From Takakia lepidozioides (taxonomy: Eukaryota > Plantae > Bryophyta), in assembly GCA_030704615.1 (NCBI GenBank), contig CM060733.1:5518001-5582000 (forward strand): DNA of 64,000 nt, given 5' to 3'. Of the stretch, positions 53,571 through 64,000 are shown one piece after another (within the stretch, counting starts at the first letter, position 1; each line of letters opens with the position of its first letter). The notes below the pieces were generated by a model. The model did not search any database. It was not told where the DNA came from and saw only the letters and a list, made by a program, of their open reading frames with translations. Made by a program: the position numbers and the translations under genes.

Positions 53571-55514
53571 TCAAAATGCCCAGCTATACTCGTTCCCGGC
53601 ATGACGGAAGCGAGGAACGTCTTTGAGGACGATATCCACCTTGAAGAGGGAGCCACACATCTGGCCTTGGCTATCCACGCGTGGCACTGGCGTCACTGGG
53701 CTCATGGGGTGCTCAAAACTGCGCAGACCTCCTGAGCTGGAGAAGAAGCACCCTGAATGCACAGAGACGTCTAATGGTCAGAAAAGGCCCCACAGAGCGT
53801 AACTACTCGAACAACCGCTAAATAGGAGAGTGGGGCGTACATGTTAGTCTGAATTCTTTTCTGGCTTGGGAAAGTATTCTCCTATAGACTAGTAAGGGTC
53901 AAAACTGCAGAAGTTAGTCTCCTCCTTTGTTCGAGTCCTTTAGGAAGACGCCCAATAATTGGTAGATCCAGGTGGCCCATCCCCCAAAAGGGAGTAGTAG
54001 CCGTCAGGTGAAGTGGGCTCTAAGTTACTAGGCAGGAGTCTTCTCTCTCTGCAGATAAGAAAAATAATCCACCAGATCTCCAGAGTTATAGACAGTCAAA
54101 TATCCGGAGCCAGCATCATCATGTAACTCCACCTGCAGCTCATTAAGGGTTTGACAGCTGAACAGCATTCCGACAGACAACAACACGTATATCTGCATAG
54201 GGATGGTATTACCATGAGGGAAGGGAGCAATTGACTGGCCACATCCTTTCAGGGAATCAGCTTCATCTGAGAACAAGATGGAACCGTCTGCAGCTATGCC
54301 CCAAAACAAGGATACCTTTCCATGACAGTCCTGCACATCAACATATTTTAACCTTCAGCGGCGCTAATTAGTTCCGGTCATCATTGGTGCACTGACACAA
54401 TAAAAATAATACAAAATGTTCAATTATGGATCCCGATCCTCATCCCGAACATGGATTGACACAAAACTTCTACCGAGATCTGTGTCCCTTCAGTAGAAGT
54501 AAATGTCGTGAAAATCAAGCAGGGTTACCACACCTGTTCAGATTGGATCATGCGTAACGCACACAGCAGAAAATCGTACTGAAATTGCATACGAAGGACC
54601 TTTAAACACTACTTGTCACCCTTCTGACTCGGATCGGTGGTAGGAATCTCTACTCCTTTCAACCCAGCCACTATAACAGGACTGCTAACATATCAGGACA
54701 TGTATAAGAAAGACAACGACATCCTCCAAGACATCAACAAGCAGGACGACTTCACAGCTGTTATGACAAGTAACTGCGGGAGGATACTCACAGACGCAAC
54801 AAGCAACTTGCGTTCTTTGCTGTCGTAGAGAACAAACGAAAATGCCCCACTCAGATCTCCAATAACTTGGTCAGCTGAGTAAGGACCTCGATCACGAAGC
54901 ACTCTGTACATCTCAGTTACTAGCATCACCTCACTCACAGTCTTCGAAAGACCGTATCGCTGCCTAAGCTGAGGCAAATTCTCGAGTATTCCGACAAACA
55001 TGCAGAATATGTCGTCCACCACTGCGAAAGTTCTGCGAGAATCACACAGTGTGCGTATCCACTCAAGAAACAACCGCAACATTTTCCAAACTTTTTCACA
55101 TTGAAGAAATCCATCCCACTAAAAAAGAGTGCCAAATGTTATCAGTGTCCGATCTCTTATACAAGAACACTGCGGAAGTCAGTTTAAGCTGCTCTGGACA
55201 TCAAGAAAGGTACAGAAGTCAGTCCCTGATAGAAACACGCGAAAGCTACAGACACGTTCCAGCAGCAGTAGAAAACAGAGGAATCATCAGATTCGGAAAA
55301 CATCTCAATACCTTGGGCGCAGAAGAGCCTGTTTTGCATGAGAACAAGCCATGCCACTACCGCCATTCAATTGCATACATATCGCGTCAGGACGGGATGC
55401 CTTATAAGAGCTGAGGATCTCCATGCCGCTCCTCCGTGGCACAGGGCTGCTGCTACTCGGTGCGCTCAGTTCCGCCGGAGGACATGCAACCGACTTGTCA
55501 AACACAGCCAACAT
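53571..55514 (-). CDS. TSJT1: Stem-specific protein TSJT1-like / aluminium-induced protein with YGL and LRDR motifs (DUF3700, Ntn-hydrolase-like)
   Basis: Four GT-AG exons: 55514-55312, 55032-54792, 54329-54213, 53752-53571. They encode MLAVFDKSVACPPAEL, QRYGLSK, YRVLRDRGPY, LFWGIAADG, APFPHGCFFSSSGGLRSFEHP and VPRVDSQGQMCG. Confidence 0.93.
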
Positions 55515-56084
55515 CTTGCCCCGTTCTTTTTCCCAAAAGCAGCTTGACGATCGATTAACCTTTTCTCAGCCGGTGTGACAGCTTTCCCGACCAAGGCTCG
55601 GTTCCTTACAAGGACACAACAGACAGATCTTTCCACCCACGAATACGCCCGGAAACTGCGAACATAGACCACAACAGCAAATTGCAAACACAGACACAAC
55701 ACAGACAAGACCAAAACTGTAAACCAACAGAAGCTTGACCAGAATTCACTCCTTTGAGAAGAGATAGCGACACACGAGAACGATTAGTAGGCCGACGCAT
55801 TCACACAGCGGCTGGGGACCGCTGGTCGCACGCAATACCTCTGGGACAACTCTTCCTTACCCACTCATCATACTGGCGACGACCGTCAGCTTCCTGTCAG
55901 GCAAGACCCGGTCGCCCAGTCGGAGTGACCGATTCAACACCGGCTGCAGGCGGTCAAGTGTGGATGTGATGGCGGGGCTGACGACAAACGCACGGCGACG
56001 GCACCTGGGCTCCATCTCACCAGCGCTGATGTGGCAGCATCTTAGTGACGGCTAGATCCGCCCCTCAGAACAACTCGCTACTAC

Positions 56085-56672
56085 ACTTCACGTGGCTGTC
56101 CCTTAGTGGATGCGGCCGAGTGAATCCAGAATTCACCGTCAGTGTGAGAATCTATGCACTGCAGCGTCCGTCCAGACCTACTGTATTATTACGATAACGT
56201 ATATTCAGTATAATGTACTGTGATAATATTAATACTAATACGTAAGTATGAACGAGGTATTCAGTATCGGTAGCATAGTATCGTACATAGAAGTTAATAG
56301 AAGTGAAGTGGGACCCGGAAAAGATTCTCTGGACGTGTAGTTTTGTGGAAAAAATGAAAAGCGTGGGTGGGATGCTGGCGTGTCAGGTGTGGATAAGGCG
56401 TGAAGGCGGACGTGGCATGCGCATGGGCCGTGATGGGCGGCATGAGGCATGGGTATGGGTATGGGGCGTGTGTCGCGGGGGGCCCGGCCACGTGCCGCGC
56501 CGCCCTAAGAAACGGCGGGAATGCAGCACGTGGAAGATTCGTTCAGACAATATCTGACGAACAGATATTTATAATGTCTATTTTCTAACTGAGCTGCTGG
56601 ACTCCCTGCCACGTTGGCGGGTGCTGACTAGGCGCGGATGTGCCCAGTCAGCATGTTTTCTCGCCACGTGGA
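56085..56672. promoter_or_regulatory. G-box/ABRE cluster upstream of the TSJT1-like gene
   Basis: CACGTG or ACGTGG at ~56089, 56410, 56489, 56527 and 56665, 0.6-1.2 kb upstream of the ATG. Confidence 0.45.
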
Positions 56673-58010
56673 CTGTCGCTCCGACTACCGCAGTGGGAGA
56701 GATGGGAGAGAGAGAAGGCAGAAGAGGGAGAGAAGGTATGAGGGTGGTCGAGAGGCTTGGGAGTCTGTGGACGAGGACCACGTAGAAGAAGATGATGAAA
56801 TTGTTTCGAGGTAGTCCTTCTATCATCGAAACTGTCAGCACGACATTTCGCTTATAGTATGAAGATGGTCTTTGACATGCTTCATTAGTACATTCGATGA
56901 TCATGTTTGGATGAGGGTGAGATAATGTGCAATTATGACAAAGTCGAACAGTGCTAAGGTGGAGAAAGAGAACTCACGCAATTTGCACTGGAAACGGAAT
57001 TGACAGTGTTTGCATTATGCATCACGGAATGTAACACTTCATTTGCGTTGAGTTGAGAGCACTTGTTTGGCCAAATGTGCCCAGTTTCTGCAAAAACCTG
57101 ATCGTTTATCGGAGAGAATATTTGGAGTAGAACCATAAAGCGCATGAGGAGTACGACTTTTGTCTCCATATGGGAACTAGACTGCAGACCCCCCCATTCT
57201 GATCTGGTAGCATCGCCCTGCATTGGTAACTACAATCGTTCTTGGATGTATACCCAACTCCAGCTCTTGATTTAACAACAACTGAGTGTCGTGTTTCCAC
57301 TCCGTGATGTCATCAGAACTGGAGGATTTCGCAGGTTACAGTGAATCGTCGTATATCTGCCAGGCGGAATGTATCCGCACACTTGAATAGTTCCAAGTTT
57401 TGTGTCGGATTACTGCCTTCGGTCCCACCACCAAGATGTCGAGAGGATTTCGATGTCTTGGGATTCAACCAGTGAAGCAACCCCAACTTTCAAACTTAGA
57501 TTGGAATTAGTATCCACTCGCGCTGTTCTAAGGAAATTCAAGAGAAGTAGAAGCTAGAACGCAAGCCAGCCTTTCTTCGTCATGCAAGGAGGTGAGAACA
57601 GTCCACCAGCCTTCCAAATGGATCAAATGCATAAACATGGTGGATATAGTGGGAAATCTCCACGCCATATACCAGCAGCTGGCAAGAACTGGGTTCCTGT
57701 CAGCTTGTTTATTGATGCAGTGGGATTACAACAAAGACCACAGCTCATTTCTTTCTTGAATGATCAAGCTGGAGAGAATCATGGCTCACACAATTCCACT
57801 CCATTCCACCAGATACGTCTAGACCTATTCCACACCCAGAGTCTGCTCTTGAAATTCCTTAGTGATGGTGGTACATGAGGGTCTGTTTGTGAAATTGCAT
57901 ACATACATCTTATTACGTGTGTGGACTGTGGAACTGCAAAACTGAAACTGGAAGCCATTTCAGAATATGGAGTAGCACCAACTCCCTTTGCTAGTAAGGT
58001 ACAAAGTACA

Positions 58011-58535
58011 TGTCATGCGCATACATATCGCTACACAACTACATCGCTGTCCAAACCACACCACGCATATATGCACAATACAATAGTCTGCCACAATGGA
58101 TAGAATACTAAAAACACATAGTTGACACAAGAAACATGAAAACCAACACCATCACTCTTTAACATAATAGTCGAGCCAGGGGCACCCCAAGCCATGGGGA
58201 CTCCACCCCACAACAACCTATTCTCCCATCATAAGCACACTCAGATTCTACATGGTGAAGGAGCTCGGTCGTGCAAGCTCAACTCGAGAGAGATGAACCG
58301 CACGACTGACGCTCTCGTGAAGATAAGACGGTTCAGGTGTCAAACTAAACTTGACACCTGACTTAACACTTGAACTAAATCCAAGTGTTAAATACAAATA
58401 ACTAGCTTTATTCTAGTTAGTTTCACACTGTGTTTATTTAACTTGACAGCTGTCGTGCGCATACATATCGCTACACAACTACATCACTGTCCAAACCACA
58501 CCACGCATATATGCACAATAAAGTAGTCTGCCACA
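58011..58535 (-). mobile_element. 3' LTR region of the DNMT-carrying element, bounded by two ~85-bp direct repeats
   Basis: The PPT AGGGGGGCGAT precedes TGTGGCAG at 58535 on the minus strand. 58011-58095 closely repeats 58451-58535. Confidence 0.75.
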
Positions 58536-58795
58536 ATCGCCCCCCTAGCTGGTGGATAGGTCCCTCTAACTCCAGATAGCTACAAGATGTAATAGCAACA
58601 GCCGTACTAAGTCCTCTATCACTGTCCCTATTGTACTCAAACTCTATAGACCAAGAGGCCGGGTACAAGAGTAGCCCCATCGTTAGTCGTCGTCTTGCAA
58701 TCTGTGAACTTGAGCCAGGATCTCGTGTGTTCAAGGTCTTCTAGTAGCTTGGCCTTGCGTTTATTGTTAGCCTTCCATGGTTGTATCCACTCCCA

Positions 58796-58939
58796 CTATC
58801 CAATGCAATGTGGACATAACCAATCCCCATCCGGAACCATCTCAAGAGGTGGAGTCAAGCATCCCATATGCCAACCTCTAGAGCATCGATCACACACCAG
58901 CATGGTGGCTGCCCCTCTAGCAGACCCACACAACATGCA
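58796..58939 (-). CDS. PHD finger at the integrase C-terminus (one frameshift from pol)
   Basis: CMLCGSARGAATMLVCDRCSRGWHMGCLTPPLEMVPDGDWLCPHC is a C4HC3 PHD pattern with the WxC motif. Confidence 0.9.
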   Translation of the reverse strand, partial: CMLCGSARGAATMLVCDRCSRGWHMGCLTPPLEMVPDGDWLCPHCIG

Positions 58940-59082
58940 CTCAAACTTGCAGATACCACTGCCAGGTTTGGGTCAATCCTGCCATCGACATTCGGAAGGT
59001 GACATGGCGCACAATTACGCACATGGTCCTTCCAAATTATGCCATCCCGACCCTCCAAGATCAAGACGCCTGAGGGCAAGAC

Positions 59083-61803
59083 CTATCGAACCATCAAAAT
59101 AACACGTCCTGCAATCACATCCAAGGTCGTACGAGCAGTCTGCTGCAGATAGACATAGTCACCAGGGTTGAATCTCCGAACCCCAGGACGATAGCCCCCA
59201 CCACGTATGGTAGCATACCTCAACGTATCACGATGTTGGGCAATGACAAGGTTCTCGAAAGCCATGGGCATGACCTTCTTGAACAACTCTGCACGCTGAT
59301 CACATGCACGTGCCCAAACGTCTGGATCGTCAAGGTTAAGAACTGTAGCAGCTTCTCTGCGAATGGATGTAGGCAAATCCGGCTCTCGGCCAAAGAGAAG
59401 AAAATATGGTGAGAAGGAGGCAAGTGATGCTTGCTTGTTGAACCTGTAGCCCATGGCTAACCAGGGTAACTGAAGGTCCCAATCTCCTAGGTGTACTTTC
59501 TGCAAGCCATACTTGCACAAACCCCTCTTTACTGTCTGAACAACTCTCTCTGCCAAGCCATCAGCCTCAAGATGATCCCGAGAAGTGGTGCGGTGGTCTA
59601 TCAAGGCCTTGTCACACAAAGCCTGAAACTCCCCCAAGAACTCTCTCCCTTGGTCCGTGAGTACCTCAGCTGGAACACCGAATCGGCTAAGTATACAATC
59701 CAAGAATGCATACGCGGCTCCATCACTAGCCTTATTAGGCAATGGAACCAACTCGATCCACTTGGAGAAGTGTTCCACCATCACCAACACGTACTTGTTG
59801 TGGCGCATGGTCAGTGGCAACGGCCCTGCGAAGTCAAGACTCCACCTGTAGCCCAATCCCATGATCGGAAGAGGGTGCAATTGTGGAGTAGGGGCGTTGA
59901 ATGAAGCACGCACCCTGTCACACACCATGCACCTAGCCACAAATTGTTGCACCTCTGTGTGCATACCACGCCATCAATACTGCCCCTGCAGTAGACTATG
60001 AGTGCGTCGCACCCCAAAATGCCCCAACTCCTCATGGGCATGCCGCACTAACCGTGCCCGCTGTGTTGGGTGAGGCACAATCCTCACTCGACCATCCTCC
60101 CACACTCGGAGCAGGTGTGTCCCCTCCCACTTGAACCTCTTGGCTCATTGTAGGATCCGATCCCTCTCCTTGGCAGTCACAGTGGCTGCCGTATCTCCAG
60201 TGCGGAGATAGTCCAACACAACTGAATCCTCATGTATACCTTTGGCGCCACCTTGCTCATTGCTGGCCTCAGGGTCCTCAGACACTTGATCTACAGTCAT
60301 CCCTGTTGCAGGTCCAACCTGGCCTTCCGCTGCCAAGATACACAGAAATGCAGATGCATGCCATCCGGGCACCATCTCCTCATCCGTCTCACCATGCCAC
60401 CGAGCTCCAGTGTCATCCTTCTGGCTCGTGCATGGATTGCGACTCAACCCATCTGCATTGCGATTGACCAAACCTGGTCGATGCACAACCTGAAAGTCAT
60501 ACTCTTGAAGGATGAGTGCCCACCGTGCAAGCTTCCCCGTAAGCTTGTCTGACTCCATCAACCACTTGAGTGGTTGGTGATCCGTGACAAGGGTGAAGAG
60601 ATTGTTGTATAGATAGCACCTGAAGTGTGCCACGGCCCACACTGCAACTAAGCATTCTCCCTCATATGAGCTATACTTAGACTCGGCAGCATTGTTCGAA
60701 TGGCTAGCATAAGCCACTACGAACTCTCTTCCTTCATCATCCACCTGTGTGAGCACCGCTCCAAGCCCCAGTATGCTCCAATCCGTATGCAGCTGAAAAA
60801 GACGCCCCCTGATAGGTCGTCTCAAGATGGGCGCCGAGGTCAACCTCGCCTTGAGCTCTTGAAAAGCTTGTTCTTGCTCATCTTTCCACTGCCACTCCTG
60901 GTCCACCTTGGTCAGCTTGGTTAGAGCCTTTGCAATGGCACTAAATCCCTTAACAAACCGTCTATAATAGTTTGCTAACCCCATGAAAGCTCGAACTCGG
61001 CTCACATCCGTGGGGCGTGGAATCTGTGCAATGGACTCTACCTTAGTCTGCTGTACCCCCAATCCTCCAGGATATATCATGTGACCCAGATACTCAATCT
61101 GGTTGTGGAAAAACTTGCACTTCCCCGGATGTAACTTCAATCTGTGCGCCCTCAAGCGCTCAAATATCACCTGAAGGTGTCTCTCATGCTCCTCCACAGT
61201 AGCACTAAAGATGATGATGTCATCTATGTAGCACCGAGCAAACTCCACCCCTGCTAGAATCCTGTCCATGACTCTCTGAAACTCTGCCGAAGCGTTTTTA
61301 AGCCCAAATGGTAAGAACCGCCACTAGTATAGGCAATCCTTCCCGTGCTCATTGATCCCCCAGAATATCGTCTTCTGCTTATCCGCATCCTTGATCGGCA
61401 ACTGGTGATATCCGGATCGTAAATCCAAAGTGCTAAAGACCTTGGCATGCCCAATGGCATCAAAGATCTCATCTGGTGTCGGCATAGCATACCTATCGGA
61501 CTTGGTCTGACGATTTACATGTCGGTAATCACCGCACATACGTCTCTCCGTCCAATTGCCATAGACATCCTTCTTGGCTGGCATCACTGTGGCTGAAGCA
61601 TACTCTCCCCCAGATAGCTCCACCAAACCAGCCTCCCAAAGGTCATGAGTTCTCATCTGAATCAAGGACCTCTCCATGTCACTGTATCTATAGGGTCTCC
61701 GAAAGATTGGCGTGTCAGTAGCCAATTCAATGCGAATCTCTTGACCCTTCAGTGCTCCTAAGTCCTTCAAACTGAAGGCAAAGCAGTTCCTGTAAGCCCT
61801 CAA
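59083..61803 (-). pseudogene. RT-RNase H-integrase part of pol, with in-frame nonsense codons
   Basis: ORFs starting at 61803, 61269 and 59964 share one frame and are separated by single stops: TAG 61324, TGA 60145, TGA ~59975. Confidence 0.92.
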
Positions 61804-62229
61804 GAACCGTCGTATACGTCGTCTCTCTCCTCCGGTGACTATAGGTCCAACATCAGGCTCCCAGTTGTCCTCCGTGACTGCAACCTTGAGTCCAGCAGGC
61901 TTAGTGGTAGAAGACGCGTCCCGTGGTTGCTATGCTGCAACCTCTTAAGCAGTGACCACTGCCTCCTCTGTCAGTGACAATGTCTCATCCTGCCCCATCA
62001 TCCCATTCTTGAGGACCTCCTCAATCCGAGAAAAATCCCCAACCTGATCCATCACCGCCGCCTTGGCTGCCAACTGAACCTCGAGCACCTCCCACGTGTG
62101 CCATGGATGCGGCCTGCACCTCGTGGTCCTCACATGCTCGCCCCCACTCGCTGCCTGTACCGTCTCGGTAGGCAGGGAGACCATGAAGGGAAGTGTACCC
62201 CGTACTCTGCGCTGCTCAGCCATAGCCAA

Positions 62230-63180
62230 GCTGATAATCCAGGTCAAGCAATTGAGATCCATTGCTTGCCCCAACACCTGACGACGCAATGCCTCAGAAA
62301 GAGATGACACCGCCGTGGTACCAGTGGTAAAACCAATCGCCCGCTCGCGCTCGTCGGCATTGGGCTCCACTAATTGTTGCAACTGGCTATCCCACAAGAG
62401 GCCAGGTCCACCATCCCAAAAAGCATGGGATCCTGGGAAGCTGAGCAGTGTAGGTAATGCTGCTTGTGGTTGACCCACCCTGTTGACCACTGCCAAAGGC
62501 AAACGGTCATCGTGTCTCACACGTTGAGACTGCCTCCCTGTGTCCAAAATGCTATCCACTGTGAGGTGTGCTGGCCGCTGCACCCCATCAAATGCACGCT
62601 TGAGCAGTGCGGGTGGCATCAAGTTAGTCCACCATAGCCGTGGACGATGAGCCCATGACCCCACTGCAGCTGCATCCAGCAACAATGCTGACCCAAGCCA
62701 CGACCGGACTTGATGCACACTGGCCATCACCCTGGCTCGAGAATCACCCATCAGTGGCACATTCTCCAAGATGTATACTGGAGATGCAGCTTGATGAAGC
62801 TGCAAGTGGCGCAAAACCCGCACCATCTCCCAAAACAGACCCGTCCTCGAGTCTCGCAATCCATTGTCATGCCCGGCTGATGAATGCCCTTGGCAGGGCC
62901 AACCTGCCACTACCAGATCAATGGAGCCAACCTGTTCCAAATCCTGCGCCCCCAGCAACGAAATGTCTGCTGGCAAGGCTTGTTGGTATCCACGAACTGT
63001 AGACACTGACAACAAAACATGGTACTGCTGTACCAACTGAGCAAGATGGCGCAGTGAGACGCGTCGTGCAGTCTCATCCCTCTCTACATACAGGTAACGT
63101 CGAACTCGTACACTTGCCTGCAGCACTGCAGCCAATCCAGTGCTGATCCCGCCAAACAAGTCCAGAAGGCATATGCCTTC
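62230..63180 (-). CDS. C5 cytosine DNA methyltransferase domain (DNMT3/DRM-like) within the retrotransposon Pol
   Basis: Motifs occur in canonical order: I LLDLFGGIS, II YVERD, III ADI, IV AGWPCQGHS, V LRDSRTGLF, VI YILENV, VIII HRPRLWWTN, IX ERERAIGF, X RRQVLGQAMD. The domain is uninterrupted within ORF 61945-63987. Confidence 0.92.
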
Positions 63181-64000
63181 ATCCGGGCACTGCCACACAA
63201 GAGGTGTGGTGTCCAATGGCGACAACTGAGGTGGTCCTGGTGCAATCACCACACTCTCCTCTTCTCCTGACGGTACGAAGGCCTCTACCCAAGCTTGTTG
63301 CACCCGTCCATCAGCAGCCTGCTGCAAATCTTTACTCGTACCCCACAATGGAGTGTGAGCAACCATGGCAGGCAACTCCGCCGTACCATGCATGTCATCC
63401 TGCTCTGCTGGAGGTGACACATCCTCTGCATGGGCATTGCCTTCCAGCAACTCTCCAGGCCAACTAACTGCAGCTGTAAAGGCAGCTAGTGTTGGCATCT
63501 TGCCCCGCTGGGCAGCCGCAATACCCCCAATGAATGTCACAGGGAGTTGTGCACGACGACCATCCCCTGACTGCCATCCAAGCCTGTAGGATGCTGACTC
63601 CTCCCAAAAGTCCAGGGTGAAGCCCATGGGATATAACACTGCCCCACAAATGAGGACATCGTAAGATACCGCGTCTGTCACAATGGCCTTGGCTCGCATC
63701 ACTGAGCCATCTATAGGATGATCCGGCTGCAGTGTAATGGCCAACTCACGCTGTGTCATGCCCCGAGCCTGCTCTGATCCTCCCAGAGATGTCTGTATCT
63801 GGAAAGGACAAGGCTCCATATCCGCCTCTATGAGGCCCAAACCTGCAATAGCAGCTCTGCCCAACATCAGTGGCTGAGCTCCCGAGTCCAACAAGACCCG
63901 CAGTGGTCGGTATTTCTTGCCTGCCGGTCCACTCAAAGAGAAAATGCCATCCTGGTTGTCTAACAAGACAACTCCAGGTGTCACCATGGCGCGCTCAAAG

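Larger units (their letters stand above)
58011..64000 (-). mobile_element. Ty3/gypsy LTR retrotransposon encoding protease-DNA methyltransferase-RT-RNase H-integrase-PHD (5' part outside the window)
   Basis: Protease VLLDSGA; RT RRMCGDYR, LDLRSGYHQ, YIDDII; RNase H LHTDWS, YEGEC, TDHQPL; integrase HEELGHFG..C..C, LDFAGP, LTDQG, AERVVQ. PPT and LTR lie downstream. Confidence 0.95.

Noticed and set aside
56950-57990. Short ORFs between TSJT1 and the LTR
   Set aside because: No motifs or consistent splice structure were recognised.
62230-63180. Bacterial restriction-modification MTase or contamination
   Set aside because: The domain is in frame between retroviral protease and RT, contiguous with plant genes, and no restriction nuclease is nearby.

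Overview
Eukaryotic, intron-rich land-plant genomic DNA, probably a non-seed plant such as a bryophyte (inferred from DCL4, a TSJT1/DUF3700 gene and the TE types). 1-23 kb is a nest of decayed transposons. It holds a RING/coiled-coil ORF, a NIF/FCP1-like phosphatase pseudogene, and an LTR-element 3' end with one ~1,220-codon accessory ORF. It also holds an OB-fold/SSB-like relic, two chromovirus (Ty3/gypsy) remnants, a 2A-like motif in a LINE-like segment, and a MULE/SWIM transposase remnant. 25.4-47.6 kb is a ~26-exon Dicer-like 4 gene (+) whose introns carry LINE fragments and a fold-back 25S rRNA fragment. Next come two small non-autonomous DNA transposons and a 4-exon TSJT1/AILP1-like gene (-). 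The standout is 58.0-64.0 kb (-): a Ty3/gypsy retrotransposon whose Pol reads protease - C5 cytosine DNA methyltransferase (DNMT3/DRM-like, all main motifs) - RT - RNase H - integrase in one frame, with a PHD finger one frameshift further on. All calls come from reading the sequence; no database searches were run.
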